Positions 1 through 7,835 are shown, counted from the stretch's first letter. The stretch is DNA of 15,099 nt from an uncultured cyanobacterium (GCA_963807635.1 CAWEDJ010000082.1:1-15099); one strand, 5' to 3'. Notes: generated by a model not told the origin, from the sequence alone. Numbers and translations are program-made.

Positions 1-1
1 A

Positions 2-2023
2 AGAGTAGTCTTTCGCAATAGATACTAGGAAGTTGTCAAAATCACTATAAGAATCACCAAGAATAGTTCTCAAATCTGATAATTTTTCAATCTGATTTTT
101 CGTCAAAAAACGACTTTCTAAGCTAAAAATTTTGTTTAATTCTTGATAACTCACAAAGTTAGGAGCCGATAAAAATTTTCTCCAAATAATTCTTTTATTG
201 GTAAAAACTAAACCCTCTTTTGCATCATTCCACATACTCGTATCTATCAATCCTAAAATTTTTTCACTAGGGTTAACTGACACCCATGAAGATAGGGCTG
301 TAGATAATCTATCTAAGGGAATAAGAGGCGCACTAAATCCTTCTTTGTCATCATATTGTGTATTTTGAGGAAGATGATCTGCAATAAAACGTGCAAGAGA
401 TTCTGATGATGGAACTTCCGTTAGAGTATAGCTTCGTGCTTCTAATTCTTTTAAAATATTGCCATCTCGTTTTTTATTATTTTTTAAAAATGACCAAATT
501 AAAAATGTAGCACCAGAAGCAATAAAAGCTGCACCACCAGTTAAGACGCTTAAGCCTCCCAATGTCGCTATCATAGTTGAAACGGCCGCCGCTCCTGACA
601 ATGTTTCTGCGACACCTAAAGCACCAGCGATAGTCCATGCCGCAAATACTCCTGCCGCTCCCGTTAATGTTCCACCGCCTACAGCAATCCCTAAATTTTT
701 TAAGTCTTCTGAATCCATTTTAGAAATAAAAATAATGGATAGTAATCCTGCGGCTCCAATTAAAGCAGATCCTCCTGTAATAACTGCCAATCCTCCTAAC
801 ATTCCTAACCCACCTGATGCAACGGAACCACCACCTAAAAAAGCTAACATTGAATTAGTTGCAGCCCCTCCAGCTAAACTAGCAAAACTAACCCCTGTTG
901 CTGTTTCAGTTCCAATTACTGTTAAAGTCGTATTTATAGCTGGGCCAAGTCCCTCTCCTGCTCCTTTTGCATCAAGTATCTTATCAAGAATTACGTTAGG
1001 ATCTAAACCCTGTTGTTGTTGATTTGTACCACTTGCACTTTCATAAATAAATTTAACATTTTCGGCAAGATTGGAACTTTTTATTAGGAAGTTAAGAGAG
1101 TGAAAATCTCTTTGATCATCATCAGAAATTGTTTCTCCAGCCCGAATTTTTTTATAAATTGAGAGATATATTTCTTTTTGACTACTTGTTAAACGGGTAT
1201 TATCAGATAAATAGCTAACAATTATTGCATCAACGGTCAAAGCCCTTGAAGTCGAACTAGCAACAAAATAATAATGTTTAATAGTTGTAGAAAGTGACGA
1301 GCCGCCAATTATAGCATCTAAGTCATATAAGTCTTGAAAATTTGGAATAATTTCCTGAGAACGAACATATTGAAATGTTGCTTTCAACTTTTTTTGTTGA
1401 CCTTCAGAAAGCTGTGATTGTGAAAATGCTTCATCAATAGCTTGTTGAATTTCTAATAACCGAGAATTATTACTTGCTATTTCATAGCGTTGTTTAATAG
1501 AGCTATCAAGCTTAGACGAAAATACAATATAATCAAGCAATTCAAGCGTAGTTAAATCACTGACAGATTCAGCATTCTTGATTTGGCCTAAAATTTTCTT
1601 ACATTGAAGCTGGCTAGACTCTTTTTTAATAAATTTTGTATGATGCTCAATCTCATCATCAATTTTATCGATTAAAGTGGTGTTTTCTGGATCAAATTGA
1701 TCATGTAATGTATGTAAAATTAATATAATATCATTATTATTTTCTCCAACTTTTTTAAGTACTAATTCCTGATTTTCTTTAGCTTCTTTGGGGAAATTTA
1801 CTGATATATCTTTTCCTGAACGTAAGGTTAGTATTTGTTGTCCACCAGTTGTTGCTATATTATAAGGTACGAAAATATGATATTTTTCAGTATAGCTTTT
1901 GTTAGTTTCAGCATTAGCATATCTCGGATGTAGATAATCCACCGCCATTAAGGCTAATCCGCCTAACAGAAAATTACTGCAAAAAGTCCGACGGCTTAAA
2001 TGAGAATTAGTTAATGGAAACAT
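2..2023 (-). CDS. Large multidomain membrane/exported hypothetical protein (at least 674 aa, 3' end beyond window): Tat-like signal, DnaJ-C-like domain, 3 helical repeats, Gly/Ala-rich hydrophobic region, PH-like domain
   Basis: Manual translation of the minus strand from ATG 2023 gives MFPLTNSHLSRRTFCSNFLLGGLALMAVDYLHPRYANAETNK... with no stop down to position 2 (...FLVSIAKDYS). An in-frame TGA lies immediately upstream of the ATG. Absent from the ORF track, presumably because no stop lies inside the window. Domain calls are by eye. Confidence 0.9.
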   Translation of the reverse strand, partial: MFPLTNSHLSRRTFCSNFLLGGLALMAVDYLHPRYANAETNKSYTEKYHIFVPYNIATTGGQQILTLRSGKDISVNFPKEAKENQELVLKKVGENNNDIILILHTLHDQFDPENTTLIDKIDDEIEHHTKFIKKESSQLQCKKILGQIKNAESVSDLTTLELLDYIVFSSKLDSSIKQRYEIASNNSRLLEIQQAIDEAFSQSQLSEGQQKKLKATFQYVRSQEIIPNFQDLYDLDAIIGGSSLSTTIKHYYFVASSTSRALTVDAIIVSYLSDNTRLTSSQKEIYLSIYKKIRAGETISDDDQRDFHSLNFLIKSSNLAENVKFIYESASGTNQQQQGLDPNVILDKILDAKGAGEGLGPAINTTLTVIGTETATGVSFASLAGGAATNSMLAFLGGGSVASGGLGMLGGLAVITGGSALIGAAGLLSIIFISKMDSEDLKNLGIAVGGGTLTGAAGVFAAWTIAGALGVAETLSGAAAVSTMIATLGGLSVLTGGAAFIASGATFLIWSFLKNNKKRDGNILKELEARSYTLTEVPSSESLARFIADHLPQNTQYDDKEGFSAPLIPLDRLSTALSSWVSVNPSEKILGLIDTSMWNDAKEGLVFTNKRIIWRKFLSAPNFVSYQELNKIFSLESRFLTKNQIEKLSDLRTILGDSYSDFDNFLVSIAKDYS

Positions 2024-2088
2024 TCATCGCTCGACTTATTTTTCTGACAAATTAATAGCAATTCAAAAAGTAAATTTTAATAAAATCC

Positions 2089-2424
2089 CTATGTGTTTTT
2101 ACTAGGATTTGGTAAGAATCTCTGTTTGATAAACATAAATATACTGAGAACTAATTTTCCAATTAATTTTAAAAGAAACTGTACAGATTTTGCGGAATAC
2201 AAGAAAATATTATCCCAAAACTTTCGTGACCATTCCACAATAGTTTGAAGTAATCCTGTCACAAGGAAAAGAGTCACTAACACAATAACCAGGGACAATA
2301 TTGGCTGATTAATAACAAAAGCCGCAAGGTTTCCAATAAAATCAAATAATGGTTGCAGGCTCGCAATAGAATCAGTTAACGGTTGTAGTAGATTAAACGA
2401 AGACATGATTATTGAATTTTTCAA
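2089..2424 (-). CDS. Small hypothetical membrane protein (start TTG 2424 or ATG 2406)
   Basis: 111-aa ORF with a strongly hydrophobic segment (PILSLVIVLVTLFLVTGLL) and an amphipathic/hydrophobic C-terminal helix. Co-oriented with, and 65 bp upstream of, the large gene. Confidence 0.65.
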   Translation of the reverse strand: MKNSIIMSSFNLLQPLTDSIASLQPLFDFIGNLAAFVINQPILSLVIVLVTLFLVTGLLQTIVEWSRKFWDNIFLYSAKSVQFLLKLIGKLVLSIFMFIKQRFLPNPSKNT

Positions 2425-2539
2425 GAGCTTATAAATGATCGTCCAAAAGTTACTATAAAAAAAATATGAACTAAATTCAACTAGCCAAGACTAGGAATTA
2501 TGTTAGAATCTCATTAAAAATCTGTACTAAATCAAGATT

Positions 2540-3034
2540 ATGTCACTCAACACCGATCCTTTTTTTCAGGCTGTCAACCATTGGGACGTAGAAACCATCT
2601 ATATTGATCTTGCCTCAGTCAAAGGAAAGCGATTGACTCCAATCGAAAAAAAGCATCTCAGAGGTTTACTTTGTGGTTATAGTCCTACTGAAATTGCTGA
2701 AAAACTCAATAAAAGTCCTAAAGGTGTTGGGGTAGATTTGTGTAATACCTTGTATCAATATGTCAAAGGTTTAGTGGGAAATAGCAACGGGAAAGTCGAA
2801 AATTGGCGAAATATCACAGAATGGTTAGAAGAAGCAGGTTACAAAAATGACGAACCTGTTGAATATGATATTAGTGATGGCGTATCTTTTGATATTGTTG
2901 TAAAAAGAGCTAATATTAAAATCGAAAAAAATCAATTAATGATTGATATTAATATTCGTTTAGCCACACCTATCCCATCAGAAATTAGCAATCTAGATAA
3001 GACTAACTTTCATGATTTTGATCAAAATAACTAG
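2540..3034 (+). CDS. Cyanobacterial helix-turn-helix (LuxR/sigma-region-4-like) domain protein, putative regulator
   Basis: LTPIEKKHLRGLLCGYSPTEIAEKLNKSPKGVGVDLCNTLYQYVK fits the LT.xE...L.G.S..EIA..L HTH pattern, recalled as common in cyanobacterial proteins. Divergent from the two-gene unit. Confidence 0.75.
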   Translation: MSLNTDPFFQAVNHWDVETIYIDLASVKGKRLTPIEKKHLRGLLCGYSPTEIAEKLNKSPKGVGVDLCNTLYQYVKGLVGNSNGKVENWRNITEWLEEAGYKNDEPVEYDISDGVSFDIVVKRANIKIEKNQLMIDINIRLATPIPSEISNLDKTNFHDFDQNN

Positions 3035-3079
3035 ATCAATCATGATAAAAGTGATCGCCTTTACATAAACGCAATTCTA

Positions 3080-3276
3080 AAAAAAAACAGTTTTGGCTCT
3101 CAGAGTGAAGACGGTAATGTTTTTGTGTCCAGAATGCTGACGGTTATTACCAGTTTGCGCTCTCAGAATCGCAATGTCCTAGAATTTATGATTGACGCAG
3201 TTAGAGCTAATCGCAAAGGAACCACTCCTCCTTCTTTGTTACCTCAGTAGCTGTTACACTTTCTCTGAACGATTAC
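3080..3276 (+). mobile_element. IS66-family transposase C-terminal remnant with probable right terminal inverted repeat
   Basis: Frame 3080-3250 reads KKNSFGSQSEDGNVFVSRMLTVITSLRSQNRNVLEFMIDAVRANRKGTTPPSLLPQ*, the recognisable IS66 TnpC tail (RK.SFG..S..G...RMLTV..SLR.Q.RNV...PSLLP). CTGAACGATTAC at 3265-3276 (reverse complement GTAATCGTTCAG) fits a GTAA-starting IS66 end. Confidence 0.8.
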
Positions 3277-3334
3277 GATTAATCTAAGTCTTATTCGAGT
3301 TTTCATCCTCAGTTCATCACTTCCTGTTTCCATT

Positions 3335-3529
3335 ATGTCGATTCAATTAACTGTTTCTAGTATTGCCTGTGGTGGTTGTGCCGAAGCTGTCACCAATGCC
3401 ATTAAAAATCAAATTCCTGATGCTCAGGTAACCGTAGATGTACCGACGAAGCTGGTCACCGTTGAGACGATCGCTTCCGAAGCCGAAATTAAAAACGCGA
3501 TCGCCCAGGCGGGTCATGAGGTCGCTTAA
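3335..3529 (+). CDS. copZ: Copper metallochaperone Atx1/CopZ (HMA domain)
   Basis: 64 aa with IACGGC (CxxC) and C-terminal AGHEV containing the His typical of cyanobacterial Atx1. Closely resembles Synechocystis Atx1. Confidence 0.93.
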   Translation: MSIQLTVSSIACGGCAEAVTNAIKNQIPDAQVTVDVPTKLVTVETIASEAEIKNAIAQAGHEVA

Positions 3530-3553
3530 TTATTCGACATCTCCAAAAATTGA

Positions 3554-3581
3554 GTAAGGGCAATTCATGAATTGCCTCTAC
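3554..3581. repeat. REP-like (GTAG-type) palindrome, probably also a bidirectional terminator between convergent genes
   Basis: Perfect 18-bp palindrome GGCAATTCATGAATTGCC at 3559-3576. The minus strand reads GTAGAGGCAATTCATGAATTGCCCTTAC. Confidence 0.75.
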
Positions 3582-3594
3582 CAAAGGTTTCAAT

Positions 3595-4773
3595 TTAAGA
3601 GGCTTTGGCTAATAGTTCAAAATTTTTCCAACAAAGTAAAAAAGCGCGGGGAACATGAAAACACCCCTTCCACTTTCCACCTTTTAAATTTAATAAAACC
3701 TCTCCCCGACGATTAAGATAACCGAACCATTCCCCATATTCAGGATCAGCAAACTTTGACCAACTGTAATCATGCAGACGTTGATACCATTCCCAACATT
3801 CGAGCCTTCCCGTTAAGCGATAACCCATCGCCAAAGCAACTAAGGATTCTAAATGTACCCACCAAAGCTTTTGATCCCATTCCAATTGTTGGGGGGGATG
3901 GCCCTCTGCATCCATGAAATAATAAAGTCCCCCATAGTCCTGATCCCAAGCAAAATTGAGAATATTTAAAACCACATCAACGGCTTGTTCAATGGTTTTT
4001 TGATCCTGACTACGGTTAGCAATATCCATAATGAACCACATTGCCTCAATGCCATGTCCAGGATTAATCAAACGCCCGTCAAAACAATCTAAATGGGAAC
4101 CATCGGGTTCCACACTTTCAAACATTAATCCCCGTTTGGCATCCAAAAAATCTGTCATCACTTCTTTGACAGTTTGGGCTAGAACGGTTTCTAGGGTTTC
4201 GGGAGACAGTAGCCAATCCATTTCTAGGGTTAAATTCGCCAAAATCATGGGAACGGCGAGAGATTTAAGGGAACGAGTGCCTGGATAGGCTTTGCTGTAT
4301 TGACCTTTGGGGTTATCTTTACGGCGTAAAACGTTGTTATAGGCTTGTAAGGCGATCGCCTTGGACTCGTCATGCCCCGAAGCAAGGGCATACTGACTAA
4401 AGGCCATGGCAGCAAAACAATCAGAAAAAATATTGTAGGGTTGGGTCAAAGGATTACCCGCGCGATCGAGAGAAAAATACCAATTTCCGTCAGCATCTCG
4501 GCCATGTTTTGCTAAAAAATCGGCTCCGTGTGTGGCGATGTCTAACCAGTTTTGACGTTTTTCTAATTGATTGTAAAGAGTCGAAAACAGCCAAACTTGA
4601 CGATTTTGGAGCCAAATAAATTTATCCGTGTCGTAAACTTTCCCTTCTCGATCTAGACAGGTGAAATAGCCGCCCTGTTCTCGGTCGAGGGAATATTTTT
4701 CCCAAAAAGGGATTACATCTTGAAGAAGGGAATTTTGATAAAAATCTGCCAAAAATTGAAAGTCGTAGGTCAT
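3595..4773 (-). CDS. N-acylglucosamine 2-epimerase (AGE / renin-binding protein family)
   Basis: Intact 392-aa ORF with family motifs [48 protein letters not shown] and [12 protein letters not shown]. Confidence 0.95.
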   Translation of the reverse strand: MTYDFQFLADFYQNSLLQDVIPFWEKYSLDREQGGYFTCLDREGKVYDTDKFIWLQNRQVWLFSTLYNQLEKRQNWLDIATHGADFLAKHGRDADGNWYFSLDRAGNPLTQPYNIFSDCFAAMAFSQYALASGHDESKAIALQAYNNVLRRKDNPKGQYSKAYPGTRSLKSLAVPMILANLTLEMDWLLSPETLETVLAQTVKEVMTDFLDAKRGLMFESVEPDGSHLDCFDGRLINPGHGIEAMWFIMDIANRSQDQKTIEQAVDVVLNILNFAWDQDYGGLYYFMDAEGHPPQQLEWDQKLWWVHLESLVALAMGYRLTGRLECWEWYQRLHDYSWSKFADPEYGEWFGYLNRRGEVLLNLKGGKWKGCFHVPRAFLLCWKNFELLAKAS

Positions 4774-4884
4774 TCTCTTTTTTTCGGAGGATTAACAATA
4801 AAAAAGCGTTAAAAAAGCTGACTGCTTCCTTAGCATGGCACAAGGGCGGCTAAAAACACATCACGTAAGACCCACAAAATACCG

Positions 4885-5966
4885 CTAAGAAGAAGCCATC
4901 ACCGATCGCGGTTTCGCAAAAATCATCCTTCCCGCCGAAGTTTGCAGAGCAGAAGTCACAATTACTCTCACCTCCGACCCCAGAAATTCTCGACCTTCTT
5001 CTACCACCACCATTGTTCCATCATCTAGATAGCCGATGCCCTGGGCGGGTTCCTTGCCTTGCTTGAGAATTTTCAGATCAAGGGGATCGCCTGGCAGATA
5101 AATGGGGCGTAACGCCTGGGCGAGATCATTGACATTAAGAATAATTACCTTTTGCAAATTCGCAACTTTGCTGAGATTGTAATCATTCGTCAGTAACATC
5201 CCATTAATCTCCTGGGAAAGATGAACCAATTTGGCATCTACTGTACTGATATCCTCATAATCCGCCGAATGAATAATGATACGTTCTGGGTAAAGCTCTT
5301 GCATTCGTCCTAAAATATCTAATCCCCGTCTTCCCCGTACTCGTTTTTGATCATTACTGGTATCGGCTAACTGCTGTAATTCCGCCAAAACAAATTGGGG
5401 AATCAAAATTTGTCCTTCGAGAAAACCCGTATCGAGTAATTGCTCAATGCGACCGTCGATTATGCAACTGGTATCGAGGATTTTCGGCGCGACGGGTCGG
5501 AGAGTTCCCTCGGCAACCAACATCGTTTCAATGCTATTGGGGTTAATTAATCTTAAAAAAGTCCGTCCGTGGGTATCTGCTAAACTAATTCCCAAAAAAG
5601 CAGAGGTAACACTGCCAGGATTTGCCATTGTCGGTTTGATAAAGGAAAATTCCCCAGAATCGGCAAGAGGAAAATCGGGGCCAACATCAAATTGGCAATT
5701 AACAATCCAATTACCAGCCCGACAGCGCGGGTCAGAATCGTTTCGATCGCCGTCTGACGAATTTGTGCTTCTAGGCGACGATAGGTAGTTTGAGCGACCA
5801 AACCCAAGGCCAAGCCGATGATAGAGGTAAATCCTGCTGCCAACCAGCGCAATGCCTCTAGATTAGAAACCTGCGCCCTAACTGTATCAGGAAGCAAGTC
5901 CACGCTATCAAAACCGATTCCCGCGATCGCAAGACAGAATAAAAGAATAATGATGGTATCTAGCAT
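4885..5966 (-). CDS. PIN/TRAM-domain membrane protein (YacL family), split by a frameshift near 5630-5660
   Basis: The N-terminal transmembrane part (ORF 5580..5984, ATG 5966) joins the PIN domain (KILDTSCIIDGRI, RGRRGLDIL, VDAKL, LLTNDYNL) and TRAM domain (GKEPAQGIGYLDDGTMVVVE, SALQTSAGRMIFA) of ORF 4885..5628. Confidence 0.9.
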
Positions 5967-6165
5967 ATTGTCTATCCTAATCAATAATCGGGAAAGTCTG
6001 GCTTAAATTTTTGTGATCCTGTCATCGGAAAAGATAAAGTCGGCGATGCGTGTCTTTGGCATTTGAAAGCATTAATCCAACCAATTATATCGGTTAGATA
6101 ACGCCCATTGAATCCCTCTGGATTGAATGAAACTAACTTTCGGACTTGGGTGAACCTTTTTTGAG

Positions 6166-6778
6166 TTAGCGGATTCCTAAAAACTTATGACTTTGCAGGC
6201 TCATTCGCCATTGGGGATGACAGAGAATATAATCAAAAATCAGTTGTTGACTCTCAGGACGGTTCCATTCGGGTTGTAAGTATTTAGGGATATTCGGCGA
6301 TATCTGCCTTGATTGTTCCTCAGCCCAATGAAAGTCTTTCTCTTCACCAATAATAACCTTTAATTCACTGGCTTTCTGGTAAATACTAGGGTGGGGTAAC
6401 TTGTAGGACTTGGGAGAAAAGGTCACCCAGTCAAATTTCCCACTAAAAGGATGCGCTCCCGACGTTTCTTAAATGAACTTTAATGGCTTTCTGCCGTAAT
6501 GCTTCCGTTAAGGGTAACAAATCATACAGTAACGGTTCACCCCCCGTAATAATCGCGATCGCGGATACACTTGCCTGGACTTGTTCTAATAAATATTCAA
6601 TCGATCGCTGGGGATATCGTTTAGCGGTTCCAGGTTCCTTTTGATCACACCAAGGACAATAAACATCACAGCCACCCAGACGAATAAAAAAAGCATTTGT
6701 CCCCGCCCAAGCTCCTTCTCCTTGGATGGAATGAAAAGTTTCGACAATGGGATAGGTCAAGGTTTGTAGAGCAAGCAT
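6166..6778 (-). CDS. queE: 7-carboxy-7-deazaguanine synthase QueE (radical SAM), frameshifted at ~6470
   Basis: Motifs ETFHSIQGEG, FIRLGGCDVYCPWCD (CxxxCxxC) and ITGGEP. Removing one A at ~6470 restores VHLETSGAHPFSGKFDWVTFSPK, continuing to WRMSLQSHKFLGIR*. Confidence 0.92.
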
Positions 6779-6848
6779 TGGAAAAAGCAAATATTTGGGA
6801 GTTTAGCTGAAGTCAGCGCGATATTTTCCATCGTAGAAGATGCGATCG

Positions 6849-6878
6849 CCAGATTGTAGTAACCCAGATTGTAGTAAC
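6849..6878. repeat. Exact 15-bp tandem duplication (CCAGATTGTAGTAAC x2)
   Basis: Copies at 6849-6863 and 6864-6878 in the queE/dcd divergent intergenic region, abutting HIP1 at 6842-6849. Confidence 0.9.
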
Positions 6879-6924
6879 ATTTATCAGGATATTAGAAAAA
6901 AGAACTCAACTAGGATCTCAACTG

Positions 6925-7506
6925 ATGATTAAGAATGATGTCTGGATTACCGCAATGGCAGAAAAAGGCATGATTACGCCTTTTAAATCCCAACTCATTC
7001 GTAAAGTTGAAAATCTCCCAGTAATTTCCTATGGATTAAGCAGTTTTGGCTATGATATTCGCTTATCACCCAATGATTTTCGCATTTTTAGACATATCCC
7101 AGGAACCGTCGTTGATCCTAAAAACTTTAATCCTCATAATTTAGAGTGTAGTCAAATTCATCAAGACCAAAATGGCAGTTTCTTTATTTTACCCGCCCAT
7201 TCCTATGGTTTGGGTGTTGCCCTAGAAAAACTAGAAATTCCTGAAAATATTAGTGTACTTTGTATTGGAAAAAGCTCGTACGCCAGAATTGGATTAATTG
7301 CCGATCTAACGCCTGCGGAAGCGGGATGGCGGGGACATTTAACCCTCGAATTTTCTAATTCATCTAGTGCCGATTGTCGAATTTACGCCAATGAAGGAGT
7401 CGTTCAGTTGCTCTTTTTAGAGGGGGAACCCTGTTCAGTGAGCTATCATACCCGCCAAGGAAAATATCAAGATCAACCCGAAGAAGTTACTCTAGCAAGA
7501 GTTTAA
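6925..7506 (+). CDS. dcd: dCTP deaminase
   Basis: Intact 193-aa ORF with ISYGLSSFGYDIRL, GKSSYARIG, TPAEAGWRGHLTLEFSN, IYANEG and GKYQDQ. Confidence 0.95.
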   Translation: MIKNDVWITAMAEKGMITPFKSQLIRKVENLPVISYGLSSFGYDIRLSPNDFRIFRHIPGTVVDPKNFNPHNLECSQIHQDQNGSFFILPAHSYGLGVALEKLEIPENISVLCIGKSSYARIGLIADLTPAEAGWRGHLTLEFSNSSSADCRIYANEGVVQLLFLEGEPCSVSYHTRQGKYQDQPEEVTLARV

Positions 7507-7538
7507 GAAAAAGAGCCCTAACGAAATTTTCGACTGCT

Positions 7539-7631
7539 ATAGCGGTTTCGCACGAGTGATATATGACTATAAGCTTATACAGTAAGGCTTTCAATATTTC
7601 TATTTTCCCTCATACGACTGAATGCCGCTAT
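7539..7631. mobile_element. Possible degenerate MITE-like intergenic element
   Basis: Inverted ends ATAGCGG (7539-7545) and CCGCTAT (7625-7631), with an internal imperfect hairpin AAGCTTATACAGTAAGGCTT. Resembles TATAGCGG-ended cyanobacterial repeats as recalled, not searched. Confidence 0.4.
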
Positions 7632-7806
7632 CTCAAACCCTATTTAATCCCTATTGTTCATGTGGTTAAATCTGGTCAGAAAGGCGATCGCGCCCGTCGA
7701 GCCAAGGATAGTCATGAGGTTCTGGTAGATTGATCACCGCAATATCTTCTATACAGACATTAATAAAACTTATAGCTAAAGCAAGAAAGACTGATTATTA
7801 ACATAC

Positions 7807-7835
7807 TTTACATTTTGTTACAAAGCCTCGATAAT
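7807..7835 (+). promoter_or_regulatory. psbA promoter with HLR1 (RpaB-binding) motif overlapping the -35 element
   Basis: TTTACATT-TT-GTTACAAA (7807-7824) matches the HLR1 consensus (G/T)TTACA(T/A)(T/A)-N2-(G/T)TTACA(T/A)(T/A). -35 TTTACA at 7807-7812; -10-like GATAAT at 7830-7835 (17-bp spacer). Confidence 0.8.

Noticed and set aside
459..1022. 187-aa Pro/Ala-rich plus-strand ORF
   Set aside because: Antisense shadow of the Gly/Ala-rich region of the real minus-strand gene: reverse-complemented Gly and Ala codons produce the Pro/Ala bias.
3095..3190. Short repeats (GCTCTCAGA twice, GACGGT twice) as a possible CRISPR or regulatory array
   Set aside because: Explained by the coding sequence of the IS66 remnant (S-Q codons). 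No regular repeat-spacer structure was seen anywhere in the window.
4031..4843. ORFs 4031..4288 (+) and 4622..4843 (-)
   Set aside because: They overlap the well-supported epimerase gene in antisense or an alternative frame and show no recognisable motifs.
4885..5500. PIN domain as a toxin-antitoxin (VapC) toxin
   Set aside because: It is fused to N-terminal transmembrane helices and a TRAM domain (YacL type), and no antitoxin gene is adjacent.
5447..6006. Plus-strand ORFs 5447..5788 and 5818..6006
   Set aside because: Antisense to the PIN/TRAM gene.
6166..7506. queE plus dcd as a 7-deazaguanine DNA-modification (dpd) or phage-like nucleotide-modification cluster
   Set aside because: No dpdA/tgt, queC, queD or folE in the window. 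Both genes look like ordinary cyanobacterial housekeeping genes and are divergently oriented.
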